Assembly: GCA_004431415.1 (NCBI GenBank) | Contig: QPMI01000138.1 | Span: 62,001-126,000, forward strand | Direction of reading: 5' to 3' | Length of the DNA: 64,000 nt | Source of the DNA: Cyanophora paradoxa CCMP329 | Taxonomy: Eukaryota; Plantae; Glaucophyta | Shown: piece after piece, positions 22,929 through 35,600 of the stretch | How positions within the stretch are numbered: the stretch's first letter is position 1 | Layout: each line of letters opens with the position of its first letter | Translations under genes and position numbers: made by a program | Notes under the pieces: generated by a model | Database searches by the model: none | Told to the model about the DNA's origin: nothing | Seen by the model: only the letters and a program-made list of their open reading frames with translations

Positions 22929-24684
22929 GCTAGCTGGCGCCGGCACCGGCGGCACGTGCACGTGCACTGCGGAGTGCATGCGCACTGCGCAGCGGTGCCA
23001 GCGGCAGCTCCGGCAGTGCTGCCGCAGTCACTGAGTGCGGCACGCCGGCACCGGTACCCTGCAGCTGGCAGCCTGGCACCGCCGGCGGCCGCGGCCGGCG
23101 CGCGGGCGCGCGGCGGGCCGCGCCGACTCGTCGGCGAGCGCGCGGGGGCCGCGGCCCGGCGGGCCGGCGGCGGCCGCGGCCGGGGCTGCGCCGCTGCGCA
23201 TGCGGGGCGGGCCGGGCCCGCCGCGCGCCAGCGCGCGCTGCAGTGCAGCTGGCGCCAGCGCCGGCGCCGCCGCGCCGGCCCGGCCCCACCCGCGCCGGGC
23301 CCACCCGGCCCCACCGTGGCCATGGCACCGCCGGCGGCGCCGGGCCAGTGGGGCCACCGGCGCGCGCGGCGGCGCCCGGCCACCGGTACACCGCCGTATT
23401 TTCGCGTACCGCCGGTACCGGTATACGTATTACGTACTAGTACGGTACTACGTAGGTCCGGTACCACCGTACTACGGTATTACCGTACCGCGGCCCCGGC
23501 CCGCGCGCCGCGCGGTGCCACCGTGCCACGGTGCCCCCAGCGGCCCGGCGGCGGGCCGCGCCCCGGCCCCGGCCCCGCCCGCGCCGCGGCCGACGCGGCC
23601 GCCGGCCGGCCGCCGCGGCCGACATAAAAAACCCAGTGCCAAACAAACGACCGTCGGACGGAAAATCGCGGGGGTGGGGGTACTACGGTAGGCTCACGTG
23701 GGAGTAAGCGTTAACGTTGCTTAATTTGGCCGGGGGCACTACGGTACCGTCACGGGCTCACGGCGTTCCGCCTCGCGGGCCCCTCCCGGAGTCCCTCCCT
23801 CGGAGTCGACGTCCGGATCCCTCCCTCGACTCGGCGAAATTCGAATTCAGACGCACACTGGGACAGACTGCGGCACAGTTGTGCGACCCGCGAAATTAAA
23901 TATTCCGGATCCTTCCGAAGTTTCCGCGGCCCCCCACGGGTACTACGGACCTGTCTACGGTACGGCTTTGCCGGATCTAGCCTAGTTAGTAGAGAAAAAT
24001 CATATCCGGGCAAAATTAAACTTGAAACTTGAAACGATCATATGCATGATCATGATCATTGGATGTCGACCGCGCCGGACGAGGTTGGACGCCGGCGGGA
24101 ACCGTCGACGTCACGGCGTTGAACCGTTAAAGTTGAACGTTAATGTTGCAATTGCCACTGGGCCATGTTGAACGTTAACGTTGTAACCGGACCGTACCGT
24201 ACCGACCGTACTACGTACGGTCCGTAAGTACTTGTAGTAACCTCTCTTGACTCAGTGATCATGAACTGCAGCAGCGAGCTCGAGCCCTTAACGCGCGATT
24301 CGCGATTCGCGTCGCGTTTAGCTATAGGGAGGCATGAAATCGAACGTTTAACCGCGGGCTTCCTAATTCACCTAGCAGTCCTAGCAAGAGTAGAACTCAT
24401 GATTAAGATTTGTATAATTATCAATAAATGTAGTGTCTATATACTGCAGTGTCTGCACTGCGGGCTAGTCTGCGGCGCACACGAGCTCGAGTGGCCCCGG
24501 CCCGTCGGACGTCGGTTTCTCAAAGCATTCGAAAAAGAAAAGAGCGTTCCACGACAACAAATGCAATCGCCAGATTCGTCACTCAAAGAACCAAACCTCA
24601 GAATTCGAAACTAGATCCCTACTGTGTGGACCCTACATCATCAGGCTACATGCCTACCGGCAAAACGCCAGTCTACAACGTTAA

Positions 24685-27600
24685 CTAGAAGCCGCCAGCC
24701 GCGGGTTGGATGTCGGTGGGCGGCGAATTTCCCGTGGCAATCGAGGTGGGGGCGTATGTGTAAGTGGGGGTGCCGGCCCCCGCGGGGCTCGCGACGGGCC
24801 CCGATGGTGGCTTGGGTGGGGAGCAGGGGGCCCCCGGGGCGGGGGTAGGCGGGTGCGGCGCGGCCGGGGCGGGGGCGGGGACGATGGGCCGCAGGGGCCT
24901 CGGCGGGGGCGTGCAGATCTTGCGCTTGGACCGCCGGTTCGAGCCGCGGCCGGCGGGGATGGCGCCGGCGAGGGCGAGGGCCTGCAGGGAGAAGACCCGC
25001 TGCCCCAGCGCCGAGTTCTCCGCCGCCACGAACCTCGCCCGCTCCTCCTCCGACATCGAGTCCCACGCCGCTGCGCCCGCCCTCAGCTTAACCGGAGGGC
25101 CCCGCGGCTGCCCGCGGGCGCGGAGGCGGCGGCAAGACGCGTGCGGCGCACCCCTCAGCTGGTGCAGGACGAACCCCGTGTCGATGTAGAGCCTGCGGCG
25201 CCGCGCCCCGTCTCAGGATGCGCGCGGGGGACGGCTGGGAGGGGGGCGACGGACCCGCCGGGTCCCGGCTGGTCGTGGCTGACCACGGGGGCCGGCATCG
25301 GCCGCGGGGGCTCTCCGGGGGGGGCCCACACGCGGAAGAGGGGCAGCGGGCTCTCTGGCGGGGGCAGCGCCCGGGCCCCCTCGTCCACCAGCGCGGCGTC
25401 CGAGCAGCACCGCGCCCGCGCCTGCGCCCGCGTCGGGCGCTGCCCGACCGGCTGCCTGCAGGGGCGCGCGGGGGGGGCGGGGGGGGGCGGGGGGGGGGGG
25501 GGGGGGGGGGGGGGGGACCTTCTTGGGGCCGCCCTCGGCGTAGGCCGGGGGCGGGGCGTCGCGGAGGGCCGGGACGGGCGAGGCGGACGAGGCGGCTGGG
25601 GACGGCGGGTTCGGGATCGAAATGACGCGCCCCTCGCCCGCCGCCAGCCGCGCCCTGTACCCCGCCTTGAAGTCTTCCGACATCGCCCTCCAGCTCTCTG
25701 CCCCGGGAAGGGAAAGGGGAGAAGCCGGTGAGCCGAGGGGGGCTGGATGCAGGATGGGGGGGGGAGAGGATGTACCCCGGAGGAGGGAGATGATGAGCTT
25801 GAGGGACGCCCTGCGGATTCGAAGCGCAGCGCGGCTTCAGGGGCGGGCCGGCGGGCGGGCCGGGGCCGGCAGGCGCGCACCCTGGGAAGGTGCTGAGGGC
25901 GCCGGGAAGAGCGTCGTTGGCATAGACGGAGAAGCTGCGGGGCGGGGCGGGGAGGGGCGTGAGGAGGGGCGGGCGGTGAAAGGCGGAGCCGGCGGACCCG
26001 CTGGAGAGGTCTGAGTCCTCCCAAAGATGCCGGCCGCGCTCGCTGCTGGCCGCCGCTTCGGTCGCAGCGGCCGAGGCGGCGGCGGCGGAGGAGGCGGCCG
26101 TCGCTGCTGCAGAGGCGGCGGCGGCCGAGGCGGCCTCGGCGGCGTCGTCGTCCTCCTCGGCCGCTGCGGCGGCGGCGGCGGCCGCGGCGACGGCGGCGGC
26201 GGCGGCGGCGGAAGCGGCGGCGGCGGAGGAGGATGCGGCGGCGGCTGCCGCGGCGGAGGTGGCGGGGGGCTTGGGGCAGGGGACGAGGGGTGGGGGCGGC
26301 GGCGGCCCGCAGCGTTCGCCGTCGTCGGAGAGGGAGGGCGCGGGGTGCGGCGCGGGGCGCGAGGGGCGGTGCGGGTCGTCGCCTGCGTTCGGGGCGCGCC
26401 TGGGGAGCCCCGTCCCGAGGGCGGGCCCGAGCCCCGCGAGGGACATCGACTCGAGGCGAAGGGAGAGCTCGAGGGACGCCCGCGCCGCCTCCGCCGACTG
26501 CCGCGCGGGCCGAGTCAGAGGGCGGGCTCCAAGGATCGGCCTTAGGCTGCCCGGGGCGCCCCGCGCACCCTGCTCAGCACGCTCGGGTTGCACTGCTCCT
26601 GTATCTCCCGAGCCTCAGCCCGCAGCACCTGACACGGGCGGACGCGGCAGGGCTCGAATGTTAGGGCGAGTCGCGTGCCCCGGCCGGTGCGCAAACGCAA
26701 GGGATCGGAGCCGCTGAGCACCTGTCCGGCCCTCGAGAGGGGCGACTCGACCCCGGGGTGCGCGCCGTTGGGGGGGGCCACCCAGGAGGCGCCCCCGTCC
26801 ACAGACCACGGGCCCACGTCCGCCCGACGCTGCGCGAACGCTCGCCAGAAGGAAGGGGGAAGGCGGGAGAGGGGTACGCGCCTCGACGCCTGCGAGGTCG
26901 AAGAAGATCTCGGTGGTCTTGGCGGCCGGCAACGGCAGGCTGGGCGGCGAGGTCTCCTCGCCGCGGGCCGCCGGCTCCACGGAGGCGGCCGGCGCGCCGT
27001 GCCGCGGGGGGGCGAAGGAGTGCAGGACGTAGGGCGACACGGGGGAGGCCGGCCTGAAGGCGGGGTCCAGCCCCCAGCGGAGGGGTACGCCGGCGCTCCC
27101 CGACGCAAAGAGGAGGGACCGCTTCGGTCGGGTTCCGGCGCAGCCGTCCGCCGCGAACTCCTGCCGGGCGAGCCTGCGCTCAGCGCAGAGGAAAAGTGGC
27201 GGGCATCGCTCGTTCCGGGGGGCCATCTATAAATAGCTAGCGGAAAGATCGGTGGTGCCAGGGGCGGGCGGACGGGGCGCCGCGGCTCGCCTGCAAGACG
27301 ATGCGGCGGACGCGGAGGATGTACTTGCCGACGAGGCGGCAGATCAGCTGCTTCACCACTGCGAGCGGAGCGGCGGGGGCGCGTGAGGCAGCGGGGCGGG
27401 GACGGCCGCGAGGGCAGGGGGCGGGGGCGGGGGCAGGGGCGGGCGCACCGTAGCTCGGCATGTACGAGAATATGGAGCCCGCCCTCTCCAGGGCAAGGTA
27501 AGTGAATCTGTGGCGGCGGCGGCGCCGGCGGCGGCTCGTTGCCGGTCCCTTCGCGGCCCGCGGGCGAGGGGGCGGGGGGCGAGCGCACCGGCAGCCCTCC

Positions 27601-29092
27601 GGGGTACCGGCGACGTGCCAGGCCGAGAGTGCCCTCATCTTCTCCCGGTACCGCCGCGGCGTCCTGGGGAAAGGGGGCGAGGGGGAGGGGGGTAGAGGGG
27701 CAGGGGGTGAGAAGGGGCGAGAGTTGGGGGGTAGGGGTTGGGGTGGGGGAAGAGGGGTGAGAAGGGTACGGCAGCGTACCATACGCCGTCGTCCCTTTCC
27801 ACGGGTACGCGAATACCGAACGCGGACCCGTCCGGCAGCCTGCAGGGGACTTCACGGGGAGGAAGAGGGGGGAGGGCGGGGGGGGGGGAGGGGGGGAGGG
27901 CGCGCCTGCGTGTGACACGCAACATGAAGCTCTCCACAACCCAGCCTGACGGGGGGGGGGGGGGGGGAGGGGGTCGCGTTTAGGCTAGAGCGGGGCGGGC
28001 CGTATAGGGAGGTCCGAGGGAAGGGAGGAGGGGGTACCGAGAAAGTTCGCATGGTCCTCGAGCAGCTCGACGACGCCCACGTTCTGGAGGTCCTGGGAGG
28101 GGTACGGGGTTAGGTTAGGGGGCGCCAGCGGCCGCCCCGCGGCCTCGCAGGGGACGGACCTCGTGGGGGGCCGCCTCCAGTTCGGCCATCAGCTCCTCCC
28201 GCACAGTGAACTCGTTGAAGTCCTGAAACGCGTACCCCGCTTCCAGTCGGGCGGGCGGGTCGGGCTCCGGGGGCGGGCACCTTGGTGCGGGAGCGGCTGA
28301 GGATGGCGGCGGTGGCGAAGGCGGCCGGCATCCCGTCGAAGTCCGTCACCACGCGGTACGCCGTGAGCGGCGCCTCGCAGTCGCTGGGCGGCCGCGTCAG
28401 CGCGTCAGACGCGAGCCGGCGAGGGCCGGCCGGGATCCGGGCCCGCCCGCGTCGCCGGATCGTGGCGAGCCGGCCCCCGGGGCGGGCGCACTTGGTCTCG
28501 ACGCGGACGCTGGTCTCGGGCGGCCCGCCGACGCCGTGCTCCATCGACAGGCGGTATCCGTCCCCGCGGAGCAGCTCAAGCGCATCCGCGAGGACCTGCG
28601 GGTCGGATCCGACGCGAGGCGCGGGCGGGGTGCGGGCGAGATCAGGTCGGCCATGAGCGCAGTGCACGCCGCAGGGCGGTGCGCGCCTGCTCGACGAGCG
28701 GGACGTCGTAGGCATCCGCGGGCCGCTCCGCGTGCATCCCACCGTTACAATTTGTTCCTGGGCGGTCCGCTCTATCTACCACACGCTGAAGCGCGCCGGC
28801 CGCGCGGCTGGATCCGGCACGATACCACACGCCGTTGCAATTTGTTCCCTTGCGGTCCGCTCTATCTACCGGCCGCGCGGCTGGATCCGGATCCCGAGCG
28901 CGCGAGGCGAGCGCGCTGCGGCCGCCTCGATAGCCTTCTACCAACTGGCGAGCGGCGGCCGGATTGAGAGACCGGCGGCGCCCAAGCGAATGTAAGCCTG
29001 CGGCTCTGTGCTGCGAAGACTTCGCCGGTACCGAACCTACTTCCGGCCGATCTTCGGGAGGCCGCACAGCGGCGGCGGCGGGCGAGGTGCAC
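24685..29092 (-). CDS. Multi-exon protein with N-terminal START/SRPBCC-like (helix-grip) domain and long low-complexity C-terminus
   Basis: Exon peptides VRVETK, LTAYRVVTDFDGMPAAFA, LPDGSAFGIRVPVERDDG, MRALSAWHVAGTPEGC, FTYLALERAGSIFSYMPSY and VVKQLICRLV follow the START pattern. Gene ends are uncertain. Confidence 0.5.
28742..28890 (+). repeat. Two-copy ~90-bp direct repeat (intronic)
   Basis: CCGTTRCAATTTGTTCC...GCGGTCCGCTCTATCTACC...GGCCGCGCGGCTGGATCCGG occurs at ~28742 and ~28832. Confidence 0.75.
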
Positions 29093-30089
29093 GCCGTTAT
29101 ACCTCAGTTGCAGTCTTGCAGATTGCAGAGCTCAGCTCGGAGCTCATCATACTATGATAAGGGGTGAGGACCGGAGGCAACGATCAACCGCCCGCGTTGG
29201 ACCGGCCGCAGCAGTCTGCAGCGCATGCACTACTGCATTCAGACTCTGAGAAGGGTACGGGTACAGCTAAGGGGTGCAAATCGTGCGAATGCCGGGTACG
29301 CATGCGCAATACCCCCTAACCTAGAGTCCTAGACCTCCGACATGTACAAAAAGGCGCGTGGGGCCGGATCCGGATTAAGTTAGACGAACAGGTTATACGT
29401 TATTTCGTCTTAGATCTATATATATACCCGTCCCCCGGACGTCGACGCGGCCGGGACGCGGCCGCGCGGCCGCGCGGCCGCGCGGCCGGATCGATGCGCG
29501 CACTCAGTGACTGCCGCAGTGCGCGGCAGGCGCGCGCCGGCCCGGCGGCAGCGCGCCGCGGGTGCGGGGCACTGCGGGCCCGGGGACCGGGGTGCGTGCG
29601 CGGAATTCGAATTGCGCGAAGACGGCGCCTCGGCGCGCCTCTTCCCGGTTCCCGCCGTTCCCGGGCCCCGGGAGTCCGCACTTTAACCTAGTAACTTGAA
29701 ATATTTGATTTTCCGGGATCCTCGCGCCCCGCACGGTCCGCACCAGCGCCTTGTACGCGTAGTACACGCGCCCCCGCCGCCGCGGGCGGGTGCCGCGCAC
29801 GTGGGGAGGCCCCCTCCCCCGCATGCGCACCTCCGGTCCCCCGGCGCCGGCGCCGGCCCCGCCCCGTTCCTCCCCCGCGCCCGCGCCCGTATACACGTAC
29901 CTCCAGAGCCCCCGCCCCCGCCCCCGCATTACAGCTGGCCGTGAAGCTAGCGTAGTAGAAAGCTTGCCTGCAGCGCCAGAGCTTTAATCCTCGTTTGGTT
30001 ACGGTCAAAGTTACGCAGATCAGATGCAAGAACCACTGATGTAGACACTGAGGACATGCGTCTCGAGTCGAGCGGAGGGCGCTCCGCAC

Positions 30090-30945
30090 TCACTTATGAT
30101 CATGATCATGATCAGCAGTCGGCCGCCGGGCGGCGGAGCGCGCGCGGTGCCGCTCGAAGACCTCATCGAGCGCGGCCTCGAGCCCCGCGTTCGTGCCGCG
30201 CAGGCCCGCAACGACCGCTTGCGCCCACGCGAAGTACTCCTCCACCCGTTGCGCGCTCCACCCGACGGGCGTCGTCCTCAGCAAGTCCCTCAGGTTGTAG
30301 AGCTTGTCCCCGAGCTTGACCTGCGCGTCGGTCAGCGCCGGGCGAGTCCGGGGGCCGGGCGGGCCAGCGCACCAGCTTCGCGCCCTCGCTGCAGTGCGGG
30401 GCGTGCAGGACCTGCAGCTGCTTCCGCTCCTCCTTCTTGAGGCTCTTGTCGTCGCTGCCAAGGCGCCGGGTCATGAGCTCGAGACAATGGCGGCTGCAGG
30501 GGCGAGGGAGAACGCGAGCCGCGCGAACCTTACTTCCAGAACCACGTCCTTCACCCTCTTGCCGAACTTCTCCTCGAGCTGTAAACGTAGCACTGCGGTG
30601 TCGAATGCAGATCTAGATCTGCACAGGAACTGCGGGTGGCACCTCTTCTGCGGTCGTCTGGGTGTCTTCAATCGTGTCGTGGAGGACGGCTGCTTGCAGG
30701 ACTTCAAGGTCCGTCACGCCTCCGATAGAGGACAGGAGGTGCGCCACGCCGATCGGGTGGTTGATGTACGGCGTGCCCTCTGCGCCCCGCGCTCGCATGC
30801 GCACGTTGTTTGCCTGGCAAGAACGGCTCGCACCTGCGTCCTTGCGCCGCTGTTTCGAGTGCTTCGCTGCCGCGAACACGAGCGCGTCCAGCAGTGCGTT
30901 CAGCTGGCCGCCACCCGCGTCTATATTCGCGGCTGCAGAAGCCAT
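30090..30945 (-). CDS. HDDC3: MESH1/HDDC3 HD-domain (p)ppGpp hydrolase / NADPH phosphatase, 5 exons
   Basis: [77 protein letters not shown]. Confidence 0.95.
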
Positions 30946-31410
30946 CGGTCACGTATGCTCTCCGTACGCTACGCTGGCCCGGCCCGGCCGGCGCCGATGG
31001 CTGGGCCGATTCGTGAGGCTGCAGCTGGCAGTTGAAGGGCTTGAGGGCCCGCGTGCGGGTCGAAGCTGGCCTCAAAAGCGATCACTAAAAGGTGAACAAG
31101 CCGCTGTGATGGCAGGAGCCCTGGTTCGAGCTTCGCTTGCGAGAGAACGCACTGCGGCACGGGCCTGGTCGACGTCGCGGCAGCTATCGCCGCTAGCGTT
31201 GGAGCGTCTGGCGCGTGCGGCGTTTGAAGTACGTATACTATAGCTAGTGAGCGTGTGAATTGCGTGTACCCCCTTTATTAGGTTACAGGGGGAAGCCTAC
31301 TAATTCACATCCGATTCTAGGTTTCTATATAGCTAGGTTTCGATGTCACATTAAAAAAATGTCACATAAGCGCCCAGCGTCTTCCCACGTGCACGCGGGT
31401 GCTGCGATTT

Positions 31411-32643
31411 CTACGAGACTGCAAGGAACTTGGGCGTCTTGGGCGTGAGCCCCGCTGGCCGCTCGGCCCCGTGGATGGGGCTGGGGAACTCCAGGGCGGC
31501 GCTCCCCGCGGGGCGGCTGCTGACGGGGGGCCGGCTGCTGGCCGACCCGAGCCCATCGTGCGCGGCGGCGGCGGCGGCGTGCGTGTGGAGGAAGCCCATC
31601 AGAGCGTCGAACCGGGCGTGGATGGGGGGCAGCTCGGCCCCGGGTACGCCCACCACCGTGTCCTGCAGCTTTAGCGCCACCGTCAACTGCGTGGCGTACC
31701 CCGTCAGCCTCAAGAGGGGGGGGGGGGGGGGTGGAAGAGGAGTGAGGCGGGGTACCTGGACGCGCTGGCCGTTGGCGCGGCGTCGGGAGGAGGGGGCGGA
31801 GAGGGGGCCCGAGGCGTGGGCCGGCAGGCCGCGGGCGCCGGCCGGCCCGACCGGCCGAGGCTCGAGCACCGCCACCTGCAGCGTCACCGTCCCCGCGTGC
31901 ATCGCCTGCGAACGAAGGGCGGGGGGTGAGACGGAGGCGAGGAGGGGGGAAGAGGCGGAGGGGGGTACGCACGTTGAGGGCGCGGGCGAGGGTCTCGTGG
32001 AGGTGGAGGCGGAACTGGATGGGGTCGACGCGGGCCCAGACGGGGCGGGCCCCCGCCGCGCCGCGCCCCTGGGCGCCCTCGAGGGCAACGCGGAGGGCGA
32101 CCTGGCGGCGGAGGGCCTTGGCGGCGGCGGCGAGGAAGGTGCCGCAGATGAGGGCGCGCAGGTCGCAGCAGCCGCGCGGCGGCCGCTCGCCCGCGAAGAC
32201 CTCGAGCGAGGCGGCCCCGCTGATGGCCGTCTGGGCGACCCAGGCCGAGGCCGGGGCCGGGGGCGCCGGCCCGTGCAGCGAGGGCGCCGAGCGCTGCCGC
32301 GCCCGCATGCCCAAGGCCGAGGCGGGCGCGGGCGGCGTCGAGTGGAAGCTGCCGGGGCTCCAGAGGCCGCTGTGCGCCGCCTGCTGCGCCGCCAGCCGCC
32401 CCGCGAGCTTGCGCCCGAGCGTCAGGGCCGCCGTCGAGCCGAGCAGGTCCGACGTCGACGTCTGCGGGCGCAGCTGCCCCGCGCTCGCCGCGCGCGAGAG
32501 GGCCCCCGGCGACTCGGGGGCCGCCTCGTTGCCGGCCGTGCGCGGCCGCTCGCCGCCGGCGCCGCCCTCGGGCCCCCGGCTGGCGCTGTGGAGCGGCCCG
32601 TGCGGCCGCGCGCTCGGCATCCCCGTGGGCGCGGCCGCCGCGC

Positions 32644-32677
<34 letters not shown>

Positions 32678-35600
32678 GGGGTCGACGGTCACCGAGTTGC
32701 CGCGCGATCCGGCGGGGCCCCGCCTCCGCCCCGCCGCGTCTGCAGGAGACCTCGTCAGCGCCGGCCGACGGGCGCGGGCGCGCGGAAAACGCAAAACAGA
32801 ACCACGGAAGCGCGCACCGGCCAGAGCGTAGAAGCCGGAGCCGTAGACGAACTTGTGGAGGCTGTCGGTGGTGCCGTCGTTCTCGCCGCGGGCGCCCCAC
32901 GCGCGCACCCGCTCGTCGATCCGCAGGTCAACCAGGCCCTGCCAACCGGCCGGCCGGCGCTCAGCGATCGGATCCGGCGGCGCGGCGCCGGGCGGGGCGG
33001 CGCCGGGCGGGCGGGGCGCGCACCACGGTGCGCTGGCGGCCGCGCATGGGGACCAGGGGCCGGATCTTGCCGGGGGTATGGTCCCCTTGGACGTCCCCGC
33101 GAGGTACCCCGGGCGGCGGGCCTCGCCGCGGCTGCGGACCGAGGGACGCCCCAGGCGGAGCCGGGCGGCGGGCCCTCCGAGGCGCTCGTCTGAGGCCGCT
33201 GCAGGACGGGCTCGGCCGTGTGCGGGCGCGGGGGCGCGCCGCCGGCGCCGCCGGGAGCGGCGGCGGGGACGCCGGGCGAGGGCGGGCGGAGGCTGGCGAG
33301 GGAGGCGGCGCCGCCGTAGGCGACGCCGGCGAGGAGCGGGTGGAGGCTCCCCGCCGATGGCGCCGCCGAGAGCGGCCGGCCGAAGAGCTCCTCCAGCGGC
33401 ACGCTCGCGTCCAGCTCCGGGAACGGGGCCGGGGCCGGGGCCGCCGGGGGCGCGTGCGAGCCGTGCGACGAGCCGTGGGGCGAGCCGGCGCCCTCGGGGG
33501 CGTGGAGGACCCAGGGGGCGAGCTGCGCGGCGACCCGCCGCATGGAGTAGGCCCCCGCCGAGTCGAACGAGGGGGCGGCGGGGGCCGGGGCGGGGGGCGG
33601 GAGGATGCGGTGGAGGGCGGCGAGGGTGGCGAACTCGCCGGGGTCGGCGGGGCGCGGGAAGGGCGTCGCGACGAGCTCGAGGACCTTCAGGAGGCGGCGG
33701 AGGGCGGCGCCCTGCTCGCCCCGCGGCGCCTCGCGCGCCGCCGCCGCGTGCTTGGCCGCCAGCGCGTCCTTGATGCGCGCCTCGGCCTCCTTGCGGCCCT
33801 CCGCCCCGTCGTGGAAGAGCAGCAGGGCCGCCCCCGGGCCGGCCGGGGCCGCGTAGCAGTGGGCCTGCAGGCGGGGCCCGCCCCGGCGCGGGGGCGGCAG
33901 CGAGACGGGGACGTGCGCGAGCTCCGCCGGCCCCGCCGCGATGCGGTCGAGCTGGCGGAAGAGGGGCCCGTTCGCCTCGTCGCCCACCACCTCGCCCAGC
34001 GCCTTGCCCGTCACGTCCGCCGAGCCTCGGTGGAGCAGCAGGGCGGCCGCCCCGTTGGCGCCGAGGATGCGGGGCGGCTGCCCCTGCGCCGCGGAGACGG
34101 CGAGGGCGGGGAGGGTCGACTCCTCCAGCGCCTCCCCCACGTCCTCCAGGGCCTCCAGGCCCACCCGCACGCTCCCGTCCGAGAAGGCGGCCCCCGAGCC
34201 GCCCGCCTCCGACCCGCCCGCCTCCGACCCCGCGCCCCCCTCCTCCTCCGCCTCCCCCTCCTCGCCCTCGGCCAGGGGCCTCGCCGCCGGCTCCTCCTCC
34301 TCCTCCTCGCCCTCTTCGAGGAGCAGGGGCGCCCCGGCGTCGGAGACCCAGAACTCGCCGCCGACGCCGTACCAGGGCGCCGCCGCGATGCGCTCCAGCG
34401 CCAGCACGGCGGCCGCCTGCGAGACCATGGCGCCCAGCAGCTTGGCGCCCTGCAGGTCGGCCCCGGACCACGGCTCGCCCGCCACGCTCGAGCCGGTGGA
34501 GCCGGCGGCGGCCGCCAGCGCCGCGAGGTTGATCGCGATGTTGTTGCCGCGCCCGACGGAGGCGGCCTGCTGCCCGCGGCCGCGCCCCGCGGCGCGCTCC
34601 GTGCGCTTCGTGCGGAACCAGAGGGCGAAGGAGGAGAGGGCCGGGTCGAGGGGGACGGCGAGCGTGCCGTGCGCGCAGTCGCCGAGCTGGGCGCGCCGGG
34701 GGTACGCCGAGTCGGCGACGGCGTCCGAGTACCAGACCTCGGGGAGGGGGCCGTGCCGCCCGACGCCCCCGCCCCGCGTCGTCCCGCCCATCGTCGCGTG
34801 CCCCGCGAGGGCCAGCGAGGCCCCGCCGCCCCCGCCCTGCGCCCCGCCCTGCCGCCCGCCTCAGCCTCAGCCGGGGAAGCCTCGAAGGCACGGAATGAAG
34901 AAGCAGAGTGGGGACCTGGCGCTCCTTGCCGGCGCCCTCGGCGATGTGCTCCGCGACGAAGCGGGCGAGCTCGCGCACCTCCTCGTCCCGCGGCGTCGCC
35001 CCCCGCACCGACTGCCCCGCACCCGCCCCGCCCCGCCTCAGCGCACCCGCGAAGGGCGGGGCGGGGCGGGGCGGGGCCCGCCCGGGCGCACGAGGCGGCC
35101 GGCGAAGAGGATGGCGCAGCCAGTGCAGGGCACGACGTCCGCCATCGACGTCGGTGAGAGGTCCGGGTCCCCTGCGAGCCGCGGCCCCGCGCTCAAAGGG
35201 CGGAGGAGGGAGGGGAGTAGGCGGGCGGGGCGGGGCGGCGGGGCCGGACCGACGAGGGTGCGCCCGAACTCGCGGCTCGCGACGGCGCCGTCGTACAGGC
35301 GCTCCAGCTGCGCGGGGCGTGGCGCGAGTCAGGCGGGGCGGAATCCGGGCGGGATCGCGGGCGGGGGCGCCTGGAGGGTGCGGTGCTTGGCCATCTCCTC
35401 CTCGTGCGCCTGCAGCCTGCGCGCGCGCGCGAGGTCAGCCGCCGCGCCCGGCGCCGCGGGGCCGCCCCGGCCCCGGCCCCGCCCCGGCGCACCGGGCGGT
35501 GAGCATGGAGGCAAGCGTGTCGAGGGACTCCAGGAGCAGCGCCCGGTCCTCCCGCCCCACGAACCGCGGCTCCCTGCACGGGGGAGGAGGAGATAAGGCG

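Noticed and set aside
31346-35008. 1220-aa ORF and long antisense ORFs (587, 709, 551 aa) as separate genes
   Set aside because: GC-rich shadow frames of the spliced phytochrome-like gene; only part of the 1220-aa frame is real exon.
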